From positions 239 through 64,238 of the forward strand of contig JALUXU010000020.1 of assembly GCA_027013225.1 (NCBI GenBank): 64,000 bases of DNA. Direction: 5' to 3'. Position numbers and translations under genes: made by a program. Positions 19,697 to 28,384 of this stretch are shown here, piece by piece. Below the pieces are notes generated by a model, which worked only from the letters and a program-made list of their open reading frames with translations, did not search any database and was not told the DNA's origin. Each line of letters opens with the position of its first letter. Within the stretch, counting starts at the first letter, position 1. Origin of the DNA: Acidihalobacter sp. Its GTDB lineage: Bacteria > Pseudomonadota > Gammaproteobacteria > DSM-5130 > Acidihalobacteraceae.

Positions 19697-20650
19697 TTAT
19701 ACCCCCAGTTGGGCTCGAGGATTGAAATCGAGCGCTTTTTTGCATGCTTCATAGGCCTGACGGGCGGCTGGAGTGTCCGCTTTCGGAAGAGCAATTTGCA
19801 GGACTACATAGAAATCTCCGGGTTCTTTGGATGGAATGCCGCGTCCCTTGAGCCGAAGTTTACGGCCCGCCGATGAATTGGGTGGGATTTTCAGATCAAC
19901 CGTTCCCGAAGGCGTGGGCACTTTCACCACGGCCCCCAGGGCTGCCTCCCACGGCGAGACCGGCAGATCGAGATAGACATCCTTGCCTTCCACTTTGTAG
20001 AAGGGGTGAGGTTTGAACTCGATTTCCAGATAAAGATCGCCTGCTGGCCCACCGCCGATGCCTGCGCCGCCTTGTCCGGCAAGCCTGATTTGCTGTCCCT
20101 GCCGGATCCCTTTGGGAATGCGTACGTTCAGGCTGCGTTCCTTGAGATGCGGGCGGCCATCGGGGCCGAGTTCCGTATGCTTGAGAGTAATGGTTCGGGT
20201 TGCGCCCTTGTAGGCGTCTTCTATATCAATCAGTATCCTGGCGTGTGTGTCCTCGCCGCGGGCGTGGAAACCCCGCCCAGCCCTGCCTTGCCGAGCGCCA
20301 CCGAATCCGCCACGGCCGAACAGACTTTCGAAAAAATCGCTGAACCCGGCGGCATCCGCACCGGTAAATCCGCCTCCATGGAATTCAAAGCCCTGATCCC
20401 AATCCGGCGGCGGCCTGAAGTCCTGCCCAGCCTTCCAGTTGGCGCCGAGCTGATCGTAGGCCGCGCGCTTTTCCGGGTCTTTGAGTACTTCATAGGCTTC
20501 CCCGACTTCTTTGAAACGGGCCTCGGCGTTGGGCTCTTTGCTCACGTCCGGATGATATTTGCGCGCTAACTTGCGGTAAGCACGCTTAATCTCGTCCTGA
20601 GTTGCGTCCTTGCTTACGCCCAATATCTGGTAATAGTCCTTGAATTCCAT
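19697..20650 (-). CDS. cbpA: Curved-DNA-binding DnaJ-class chaperone CbpA
   Basis: J domain MEFKDYY...YHPD, G/F linker, C-terminal domain without Zn fingers. Confidence 0.92.
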   Translation of the reverse strand: MEFKDYYQILGVSKDATQDEIKRAYRKLARKYHPDVSKEPNAEARFKEVGEAYEVLKDPEKRAAYDQLGANWKAGQDFRPPPDWDQGFEFHGGGFTGADAAGFSDFFESLFGRGGFGGARQGRAGRGFHARGEDTHARILIDIEDAYKGATRTITLKHTELGPDGRPHLKERSLNVRIPKGIRQGQQIRLAGQGGAGIGGGPAGDLYLEIEFKPHPFYKVEGKDVYLDLPVSPWEAALGAVVKVPTPSGTVDLKIPPNSSAGRKLRLKGRGIPSKEPGDFYVVLQIALPKADTPAARQAYEACKKALDFNPRAQLGV

Positions 20651-20676
20651 TGGTTATCGATCCTGCGTCAAGCGAG

Positions 20677-21207
20677 TCAAAGAGTTTTAACGAATTCCGT
20701 TCCCTTGCACTTGGGACACGGCGGGATGCGCGCCGTTTTATCGAAATGCAGTTTTTCCCCGCATTGTTTACACACCAGCGTCCCTGCGGAAGTGATCTCG
20801 CCGGTATGGTAGGTCAATGGGTCGCGCATTTTTTTGCTCATCCCCAAAAGCGCCTTGCCCGCGAGTTCCAAGGCCGTGGCCAGAGAGGCCAAGGCGCCAG
20901 CTTTTGTAGGGTCGGCGGCTGTTTTCTGCAGAAGGTCTTCACCTTTTTCCTCGGCGGCTTGCACCATCTCACGCAAGTCGCGTTCCAGGAAACGGCGCAA
21001 TTGTTCGCCACGCTCGAGGCTCATCTGTTTGGCGTTGACGAGTTCCTCCTTGGCTTTGTCCAAAGCCTGGAGCATGGTCTCAAATCCGCGCTCCGTACCT
21101 TTTTCATACAAAGCGTTGAACCGCTCGGCCAGCTCATCGTACTGACGGAGCCATTCATCGTCGGATGAAGTGGAAGGCGTGCTCTGTTTTATGTCATTGT
21201 CTGCCAT
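20677..21207 (-). CDS. Zinc-ribbon protein (DUF1451-like)
   Basis: YHTGEITSAGTLVCKQCG...PPCPKC. Confidence 0.8.
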   Translation of the reverse strand: MADNDIKQSTPSTSSDDEWLRQYDELAERFNALYEKGTERGFETMLQALDKAKEELVNAKQMSLERGEQLRRFLERDLREMVQAAEEKGEDLLQKTAADPTKAGALASLATALELAGKALLGMSKKMRDPLTYHTGEITSAGTLVCKQCGEKLHFDKTARIPPCPKCKGTEFVKTL

Positions 21208-21268
21208 GGTAATACACCTCTTTCGGTATCGTAAAATTCATCAGGCTGACGTAGCCAGCCCCCCGCCG

Positions 21269-22318
21269 TTAGCGCTTGGCGGGGAACAGCTGTTTCTGTT
21301 CACGGGGCGTAAAGCCTGCTTGTTTGAAATGCGCATTCATGAAATCACGCGCCTGTGCAAGCAGGGATTCGGCGTGTCGGTGTTCGAGATCAAGGATCTC
21401 GGCGACGGCTTCTGCCTCAAAATCTTCCCATTCGGCCAGTATCAGTACGCGTCTCCACAGAGCAGGAAGTTGAGCTATCCGCTCAATTGCGAAACTACGC
21501 TGATCAGACTCTGTTTGCGATTCCGGCGGTTCGATTTCTTCATCGGGTACGATGTCTTCAAGATGAATAACCTCGTCTGGTTGATAGAATTCATACAGTT
21601 CTTCTTCAACCATTTCCTCTGATGTGTCTTCCGCGTCTTTGAGAGGGCGATGTTCAAGATGCAACGCGTTTTTTTCATTATGAGTTATTTCCACTTCCCT
21701 ATCGATTGCACGGAAGGCTTCGCGCAGCAGGTGGACAAGCGTCTTATCCTCCGGCGTGCCCGGTTTCCAGTCTTTGTATACACGAGCTACGGCCTCATCG
21801 ACGATGTCGTTCACTCCGGGCGTATCCAGGGGCAAGTCACCGCCGGCGCGCAGAAACTCGATATCTCTGCGAACGATGCGACGAAGGCGAGGCAACAACG
21901 CCTGGATGCCGCCATGAAAGTCATCAGCGGCAGGTTCGGCCCGTTCGGCGGCCATTAATTTCAATTCGCGCAGGCGCTCGCGCCTGGCTTTGCGTCGATA
22001 CTCGGCTGTATGACGGAGAAAATCATTATGTTTTTGGACTTCTTTCAGCAGCTTATTTTCTGCGTCTTCTACAGCAGATCTGAGATCGGCATTGCTCGCT
22101 TGCGCAACCAGCATTTTTTTGTGCGGAACGGGAAGCCGAAGGCTGATGCTGTACTTTGAATCGCCTTTGGAATGTTTTTTTACGCGCACGCGAAGATCAC
22201 CTGCCCCTCTTGGCAAGAGGGGGGTCAGGTGTTTGTGAACCCAGGGTTCAATAAGGAGTGCGCGAATATCTTTTTCGGCTCCATCCACGAAGCCTTCATA
22301 AGTTTCCAGAATCCTCAT
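21269..22318 (-). CDS. HPF/RaiA-like domain fused to sigma70 region 2/4-like domains
   Basis: N-terminal LVAQASNADLRSAVEDAENKLLKEV (HPF-like); C-terminal IAQLPALWRRVLIL...AVAEILDL...ESLLAQAR (sigma r4.2-like HTH). Confidence 0.7.
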   Translation of the reverse strand: MRILETYEGFVDGAEKDIRALLIEPWVHKHLTPLLPRGAGDLRVRVKKHSKGDSKYSISLRLPVPHKKMLVAQASNADLRSAVEDAENKLLKEVQKHNDFLRHTAEYRRKARRERLRELKLMAAERAEPAADDFHGGIQALLPRLRRIVRRDIEFLRAGGDLPLDTPGVNDIVDEAVARVYKDWKPGTPEDKTLVHLLREAFRAIDREVEITHNEKNALHLEHRPLKDAEDTSEEMVEEELYEFYQPDEVIHLEDIVPDEEIEPPESQTESDQRSFAIERIAQLPALWRRVLILAEWEDFEAEAVAEILDLEHRHAESLLAQARDFMNAHFKQAGFTPREQKQLFPAKR

Positions 22319-22571
22319 ATTTTTGGCCTTTCTCGTCAGTGTTGGTTTCCAGGATATAGCGGGTGCCGCAATAGGGGCATACAGCCTCCGGGTGTGATTT
22401 GTCCAGAGGCAGATAAACTCTCGGATGGGCGTTCCACAGACATTCTTCCGGCAAAGGGCAGCTTATCGGAAGATCGGATGCCCTCACGCGATGAATCCTT
22501 TCTGCGGCGGCGGGAGCACAGGCTTCGCCGCCAGGAGCGCTGATAAAAGTATTCCTTTCGGTCGCGTTCAT
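22296..22571 (-). CDS. zf-CHCC zinc-finger protein
   Basis: CP...WNAHPRVYLPL...CPYCGTRY. Confidence 0.85.
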   Translation of the reverse strand: MNATERNTFISAPGGEACAPAAAERIHRVRASDLPISCPLPEECLWNAHPRVYLPLDKSHPEAVCPYCGTRYILETNTDEKGQKYEDSGNL

Positions 22572-22573
22572 CT

Positions 22574-23062
22574 TTATTTCACCTTGATTGCGAAGTGGCG
22601 GCGACGGGCCTGAGGCGCTTTGGGAATCTCGATGCGCAACACGCCATCGCGATAATGAGCGGAGGCTTTATCGGCCTCTACTGCCGTGGGTAAGGGCAAA
22701 ACGCGCTCGAAGCTGCCATACGCGCATTCACTGAGAACATAACGGCCCTTCTTGCGCTCCTGTTCGTATTTTTTCTCGCCGCGAACGATCAGGTGGTCAT
22801 TGGCGATTTCCAGGTCGAAGTCCGAGCGACTCATTCCCGGCGCCTCCAGGCGTACGACTATCTTGTCATCGTCTTCGCTTATTTCGGCAGCGAGGATACC
22901 CCAGCCTGCGCTGGGATTGACGGCTTGATCTCCGTTTGCAAGGGGTTTGGGCGTGAAATGGGTAATGGCGGTTGCGGCCTTTCGGGCAAGCCGCGCCCAG
23001 TCCGCGCTGAGATTTTTCCAGGTTTTGTTCAATTCTTCGCCAAGGTGCAGTAAGTCGGCCAT
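22574..23062 (-). CDS. Small heat-shock protein Hsp20
   Basis: EAPGM, ECAYGSFERVLPLP, AHYRDGVLRIEIPK. Confidence 0.92.
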   Translation of the reverse strand: MADLLHLGEELNKTWKNLSADWARLARKAATAITHFTPKPLANGDQAVNPSAGWGILAAEISEDDDKIVVRLEAPGMSRSDFDLEIANDHLIVRGEKKYEQERKKGRYVLSECAYGSFERVLPLPTAVEADKASAHYRDGVLRIEIPKAPQARRRHFAIKVK

Positions 23063-23113
23063 GTCATCCTTCCTCTTGAGTCATGTTCCCATCGAACCAA
23101 TCATCCATGGGAT

Positions 23114-23142
23114 ATGTGGGGCTAGCGTGGTTGCAATTCAAG
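23114..23142 (-). promoter_or_regulatory. Putative sigma32 promoter for hsp20 (23062) and downstream genes
   Basis: CTTGAAT-N14-CCCCACAT. Confidence 0.55.
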
Positions 23143-23704
23143 ATTGTGCCTTGTCGGAATCTTTCGGTTCATCTTTTTTCCGGGCGGCGTGGCGCTGATT
23201 CCTTCTTTGTTCCAGACGGGCGATGCGGCGCGCGTATTCATAGCGCTCCCGCAGCAACCAATACACCGCGCCCAGTGCCAGCGCGGCAAACCCCAAAGCA
23301 GCCAGCTCGCCTGCATTCACCTTTTCAAGGTCGAGAATGATGAACTTCCGCGCTAGCGCCAGCAGCGCGACCAGGATCACTGTCCTAACCTTTACGATGT
23401 GCTCCTGCCGTTCGATGACGCGCAGGATGGTGTGGTTGAACTCCAGAGCGATCAGCACGATGAGAATCATGCCGAAAACAGTCTGAAATACTTTCGCATC
23501 CAAGGGGTTGAGATTGCCATGGATGGCCATGAACCAAACCTGAAGGGCGAGTTCCCACAAGGCGATGGCGATGATGATCGCAATCAAAGTGGTAAGAATG
23601 AAGGCCACGAGTTGCTCGAAGCGCTCGTAAAAGGTCATCACGCCCCAAAAACGGCGGAATTCGTTCTCGGGCCTGCATTTTCTATTCTCGATTTCCGGTT
23701 CCAT
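23138..23704 (-). CDS. PsiE-like (phosphate-starvation-inducible) membrane protein
   Basis: FYERFEQ, VFGMILIVLIALEFNHTI, LLALARKFIILD. Confidence 0.85.
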   Translation of the reverse strand: MEPEIENRKCRPENEFRRFWGVMTFYERFEQLVAFILTTLIAIIIAIALWELALQVWFMAIHGNLNPLDAKVFQTVFGMILIVLIALEFNHTILRVIERQEHIVKVRTVILVALLALARKFIILDLEKVNAGELAALGFAALALGAVYWLLRERYEYARRIARLEQRRNQRHAARKKDEPKDSDKAQS

Positions 23705-23854
23705 AACGATAATCCCAAGCGCTGGTTCAGAGTGCGGCCCAACTACTCCCAACTCGGGGGGGGTCAAACACAAGCGGCTGTTGAAGGTATCAATGCGAAA
23801 AGGGTATGCGAGGGATTTCTCCCGCATACCCCAGACAATAATAACGGAAGGTTT

Positions 23855-24250
23855 TTAGGCCGCCTTGACTTCGATCTTGCGCGGCTGGACTTCCGCCCGC
23901 TTCGGCAGGCGCAGTGTGAGCTCGCCGTTTTTCAGTTCGGCACTGATCTGGTCTAAATCAAGCTCCTTGCTGAGGGTAAAACTGCGACGATAGTGGGTGG
24001 TGTTGATGTCGGCATAGATGGGTTCCATGCCTTCGGGCATATCGATCGCTGCTTCCCCGCTGATGGTTAGCGTGTCGTTGTCCACCTGGACATCAAGGCG
24101 CTCACGCGACACGCCGGGAAGATCGGCTTTCAGAGTGATGCCCGTCGCATCCTCGTAGATGTCCACATCAGGACGGATGAACGTTTCACTGCCGCTTTGC
24201 GCCTTGGCCTGTTCTGTTTTCGTCTGCTGTACTGCTTTGTTCTCACTCAT
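23855..24250 (-). CDS. Small heat-shock protein Hsp20
   Basis: RPDVDIYE, ADLPGV, YRRSFTLS, LKNGELTLRLPK. Confidence 0.92.
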   Translation of the reverse strand: MSENKAVQQTKTEQAKAQSGSETFIRPDVDIYEDATGITLKADLPGVSRERLDVQVDNDTLTISGEAAIDMPEGMEPIYADINTTHYRRSFTLSKELDLDQISAELKNGELTLRLPKRAEVQPRKIEVKAA

Positions 24251-24292
24251 GATGCTTTCTCCTTTCAGGCTGATTTTATAGGGGATATCCGC

Positions 24293-24724
24293 TTATGCCT
24301 TGACTTCGATTTTGCGTGACTGCAACTCTTCCTTGCGCTGGATGGTGATATGCAGCACACCGTCCTTGTAGCTCGCGTTGACCTTGTCGGGATCGATGTC
24401 CTCCGGCAGGGCGAGCACGCGCTTGAATTGGCCGCTGAAACGCTCGCTGCGGTAGATTTGCACCCCTTCTGGCGGTTCCGAAACGCGTTCGCCCGCGATA
24501 GTCAGCAGGTTCTGCTCCAGGGACACATCCAGTTTTTGCGGATCCATGCCCGCGGCGAAAACATACACATCGACCTGCTTGGGCGTGGAGCCGATGTTAA
24601 AGGGCGGATAACTGCCCGCTGCCATCGCGCGGATGCCGATCGGCAGCGTGCCGAACAGGGCATCCAGGTCGCGCTGTATGCGCCCGAATTGATCGAATAG
24701 ATCGGTAGTGCTCAAAAAAGCCAT
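24293..24724 (-). CDS. Small heat-shock protein Hsp20
   Basis: YPPFNI, ERFSGQFKRVLALP, ASYKDGVLHITI. Confidence 0.92.
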   Translation of the reverse strand: MAFLSTTDLFDQFGRIQRDLDALFGTLPIGIRAMAAGSYPPFNIGSTPKQVDVYVFAAGMDPQKLDVSLEQNLLTIAGERVSEPPEGVQIYRSERFSGQFKRVLALPEDIDPDKVNASYKDGVLHITIQRKEELQSRKIEVKA

Positions 24725-24780
24725 CGTTATTCCTCCTTCTTGATTGGAATCGATTAGTCAAATGAACCGGTCAATTTGCA

Positions 24781-24808
24781 ACATGAGGATAGGAAGAAGA
24801 ATTTCAAG
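24781..24808 (-). promoter_or_regulatory. Putative sigma32 promoter for the hsp20-hsp20-psiE unit
   Basis: CTTGAAA-N13-CCTCATGT. Confidence 0.65.
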
Positions 24809-24861
24809 CTTTTTCATGGGCCATGGATTCAGCGCATGATGACGCGGCACGGTGAGTGGAT

Positions 24862-26316
24862 TCATTCCAAATCCGGTCGGTTTCCAGACTGCCAGGCAGG
24901 GCGTCTCCAGCGATAGAGCAGCAGCGGGAACGCGATCATCAGCAGCAGGGTGACGAGCATGGCCGGGGCATAAACCTGTTCGGAAACGGCATTGCCGGGC
25001 GGAAAGAAGCCGATCAGCAGACAGGCGAATGTGGTGATAAAACCCGTGCCTCCGACCAGCCACAGACCCCAGGCGCGTCCCCCGGGAATACGGTAGGGGC
25101 GAGGGACATCAGGTTTGGTGTGACGCAGATAGATGGCGGCGGCGAACAGCATCAGGTACATGACGCTATAGAGAACCACGGCCATCGATGTCAGCATCAG
25201 AAAGACGGCGTTGACTGAGGGTATGATCAAAAACAGCAAAGATACACCGCTCATGGCCAGTGCTTGCAGAATAAGCAGATTACGCGGCACGCCGTAAGCG
25301 TTTGCTCGTTGCAGGATCGGAGGCAGATTGCCGGAACGGCCGGCCGCCCAAAGTCCCTTGATCGGTCCCACCACCCAGGTGCTGACCTGCCCGGCGGCGC
25401 CGAAAGCGACGAGTACAGCAAACAGCGGAAGCAGATAAGGGACGCCGAAGCGGGCGAACAGAGCACTCAGGGCTTGCACGCTACCCGATACCAGATCGAG
25501 TTCTTTCACAGGAATGACGGCGGCCACCGCCAGACCGCCGAGTAAGGTGATGGTGAATCCGAATGTCGCCGCCAAGAACACCGCAATCGGATAATTGCGC
25601 CGGACATTGCGCACTTCCGGCGCATGGGTGGCCGAAACCTCGATGCCGACGACCCCGAAGATGAAACTCAGAAACAGGAGTAGCGACTGTTGTGGATGCG
25701 CAAGCGGTAACCAGTTGTCGACTTGCAACGCCAGATTCAAATGAATTGGGTAGCCTTTGACGATATACAAAGCGGCCAGGCCGATGAGCACCGCGCTGGG
25801 CAGGAGCACGCCAGCGCTCAGGCAGATGCTCGAAATCATTCCGGAGATGCGGGTGCCGCGCATGTTGGCAAAGGTCGCCAGCCAGTAAACGACCAGAATC
25901 ACGGTGACGATGAAATAGCGGTTTCCGGCCAGGTTCGGATCGATCGCCCAAGCCAGGCTGGCGGCTACATAAGAGAGGATGGAGGTGATGCCGAACACGC
26001 TCTGGATCCATTGCAGCCACACCGCGGTCAACCCCCAGCGGGTGCCGAAGGCTTCCTCGACCCAGTGGAACACGCCGTTCTTCGGCCAGGCGGTGGCCAG
26101 CTCCGCCGACACCAGCGCGATCGGAATGAGAAAAGCGAACACGGTGACGATGTTGAAGAACACCATCTGCATTCCGGTCGCCGCCATCATCGGCATGTTG
26201 CGCAGGGTCAGGAACAGCGCCGCCGTCATCAGGGTGAGCGTGACCACGCCCAGGCTTTTGCTCGGCGTAGATGATGTGGCGGCGCGATCGGCGGGCGGAT
26301 GTAGAGAGTCGGACAT
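24862..26316 (-). CDS. APC-family amino acid permease, GadC/YjeH-like antiporter
   Basis: About 12 TMs; LVSAELATAW, GVFHWVEEAFG, GIEVSA, RPYRIPGG. Confidence 0.82.
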   Translation of the reverse strand: MSDSLHPPADRAATSSTPSKSLGVVTLTLMTAALFLTLRNMPMMAATGMQMVFFNIVTVFAFLIPIALVSAELATAWPKNGVFHWVEEAFGTRWGLTAVWLQWIQSVFGITSILSYVAASLAWAIDPNLAGNRYFIVTVILVVYWLATFANMRGTRISGMISSICLSAGVLLPSAVLIGLAALYIVKGYPIHLNLALQVDNWLPLAHPQQSLLLFLSFIFGVVGIEVSATHAPEVRNVRRNYPIAVFLAATFGFTITLLGGLAVAAVIPVKELDLVSGSVQALSALFARFGVPYLLPLFAVLVAFGAAGQVSTWVVGPIKGLWAAGRSGNLPPILQRANAYGVPRNLLILQALAMSGVSLLFLIIPSVNAVFLMLTSMAVVLYSVMYLMLFAAAIYLRHTKPDVPRPYRIPGGRAWGLWLVGGTGFITTFACLLIGFFPPGNAVSEQVYAPAMLVTLLLMIAFPLLLYRWRRPAWQSGNRPDLE

Positions 26317-26498
26317 CAGTGCAGGAAATTGTTTCTCAAAAGGTTTACGAATTCATCGGCGCAGCCGTTTAGAACCGCCTAGGCCCCGAAAGCGCGGTGT
26401 CGGCGAGGTGTTCCGGTTCGGCCTTGGGCGGAGCCGTAACAGCGCCTGGCGCTGGCTTCGAGCAGGGTGTCGACGATGATTTCGGATACAGTGGACAT
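26316..26498 (-). pseudogene. Remnant of a TPP-dependent pyruvate oxidase/dehydrogenase (PoxB-like); only the N- and C-termini remain
   Basis: MSTVSEIIVDTLLEASARRCYG joined to PPKAEPEHLADTAL / AVLNGCADEFVNLLRNNFLH*; the stop overlaps the permease ATG. Confidence 0.7.
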
Positions 26499-26514
26499 AA
26501 GGGTTCCTAGGCTG

Positions 26515-28209
26515 TCAGTAATCGGGTTCGGCAACGCGTGGAGCGGTATTGGCGCGGAAATTGTCCATGGGGCAACGGGGCCTGAAACTATGCGCGTCGG
26601 CCGCTTGCCACCAGCGCGCGTAGGCGGTTTCCTCGGGCGCGTCCAGCAGCACTTCTTCTGGCAGAAACTCCCAGATGTGATCCAGCGGCAGCGCTTGAGC
26701 CGCGCTGATGCGGCGCTGGACATGGTGAGGCCGCAGCTCGCGCGGATGCGACAGTCCGGCAGCGGCGACGATGTTCATCAGCGCCTCGAGAGTGGCGCAT
26801 TGAAAGTTGGCCGCCCGTTGCGCTTGGATAGCCGGTTCGAGCCCGCGCATGCGCGCCGGATCCTGGGTGGTGATGCCGGTCGGACAGGTGCCGGTATGGC
26901 AGCGTTTGGCCTGGATGCAGCCGATGGAGAACATGAATGCGCGCGCGGCGTTGCCCCAGTCGGCGCCGATGGACAGGCATTCGGCCAGGCCCGCGCCGGA
27001 ATACAGTTTGCCGCTGGCAGCGAGCCGCACTTGCCTGTGCAGGCCGGTACCCACCAGCGCGTTGCGCACCACGATCAGGCCGTCGCGCAGCGGCATGCCG
27101 ACGCGGTTGGACAATTCCAGGGGCGCCGCGCCGGTGCCGCCCTCGGCGCCGTCGACGACGATGAAATCCAGGAATATGCCGGTTTCCAGCATGGCCTTAA
27201 TGATCGCCATGACTTCGTGGGGATGACCCACGCAGAGTTTGATGCCAACCGGCTTGCCGCTGGACAGCTCGCGCATGCGGGCGGCGAACTCAATCAGTTC
27301 CACGGGCGTGGAGAAGGCCGAATGGGCGCGTGGCGAAAGGCAGTCCTGATGCGCGGGTACTTTGCGCACGCGGGCGATTTCCTCGGTGACCTTGGAGCCG
27401 GGCAGCAGCCCACCGTGCCCCGGCTTGGCGCCCTGACTGAGCTTGATTTCGGTCATGCGCACGCTTTCCTGCTGCGCCTGCTCCGCGAACAGCGCCGGAT
27501 CGAAGCGGCCCTGGTCGTCGCGCGCGCCGAAATAGCCCGAGCCCAGTTCCCAAACCAGATCGCCGCCGTGCGCGAGATGATAGGGGCTGATACCGCCCTC
27601 GCCGGTGTCATGGTAGTAGCCGCCACGCTTCGCCCCGAGGTTCAGGGCTTCGATAGCGCGCGCCGAGAGTGCGCCGAAACTCATCGCCGAGACATTGAAA
27701 AGTGCCGCATCGTAAGGCTTATCGCAGTGTCCGCTGCCGACCCGTACTCGCGGGTTGTTGTCTATGTTTTCAGAAGCGGAGATGGAGTGCGTCAAAGAGA
27801 AAAAATCCGCCCCATAGGTGTCGAGATCGGTGCCGAAAGGATGCACGCTCGCTGCCTTATCGGCGCGTTCGTACACCAGCCGGCGAGCTTCGTAACTATA
27901 GGGTCTTCCTTCCTGATCGTCCTCAACCATGTAGGCACGGAAGAATGGCCGCAATTCCAGCGCCAGCCAGCGGAAACGCGCGGCTACAGGATAATTGGCG
28001 AGCAGGGCGGAACGGCGCTGCAGCGCATCGTGAACGCCGAGCGCCACGATCGCTAGCGCGAACGCGACCGCCAGCAGCCACCAAAGATTGACGACTACGA
28101 CAAGCGCCAATGAGGCGATAGCAAGCATCAATCCAGCGATGGGAATCAGTGCGCGGATGACGCCGCTGGCGTTGAGATGGCTTTCTATGAGGGAGTTCCA
28201 GCGAGGCAT
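26515..28209 (-). CDS. FMN-binding glutamate synthase family protein
   Basis: NVSAMSFGALS, DTGEGG, EIKLSQGAKPGHGG, VDGAEGGTGAAP, CIQAKRCHTGTCP. Confidence 0.9.
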   Translation of the reverse strand: MPRWNSLIESHLNASGVIRALIPIAGLMLAIASLALVVVVNLWWLLAVAFALAIVALGVHDALQRRSALLANYPVAARFRWLALELRPFFRAYMVEDDQEGRPYSYEARRLVYERADKAASVHPFGTDLDTYGADFFSLTHSISASENIDNNPRVRVGSGHCDKPYDAALFNVSAMSFGALSARAIEALNLGAKRGGYYHDTGEGGISPYHLAHGGDLVWELGSGYFGARDDQGRFDPALFAEQAQQESVRMTEIKLSQGAKPGHGGLLPGSKVTEEIARVRKVPAHQDCLSPRAHSAFSTPVELIEFAARMRELSSGKPVGIKLCVGHPHEVMAIIKAMLETGIFLDFIVVDGAEGGTGAAPLELSNRVGMPLRDGLIVVRNALVGTGLHRQVRLAASGKLYSGAGLAECLSIGADWGNAARAFMFSIGCIQAKRCHTGTCPTGITTQDPARMRGLEPAIQAQRAANFQCATLEALMNIVAAAGLSHPRELRPHHVQRRISAAQALPLDHIWEFLPEEVLLDAPEETAYARWWQAADAHSFRPRCPMDNFRANTAPRVAEPDY

Positions 28210-28384
28210 TATTGTTTTTTCGCTTTGACCTGGCATGAAGCGCCTGGATTGCTTGGCCAAAAGGTTTGCTTGGGCGCAGTATGGCAGTTATCTGATTCTT
28301 TTGCCATGAGATGCTGATTCGTTTTGGTTGCCGGCAAGCGTTCGCAGTCCCATCGGGCGCTTGATTCGGGTATGCTTGCCCGCC

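Noticed and set aside
26467-28056. 529-aa plus-strand ORF
   Set aside because: Antisense to the well-supported FMN glutamate synthase family gene.
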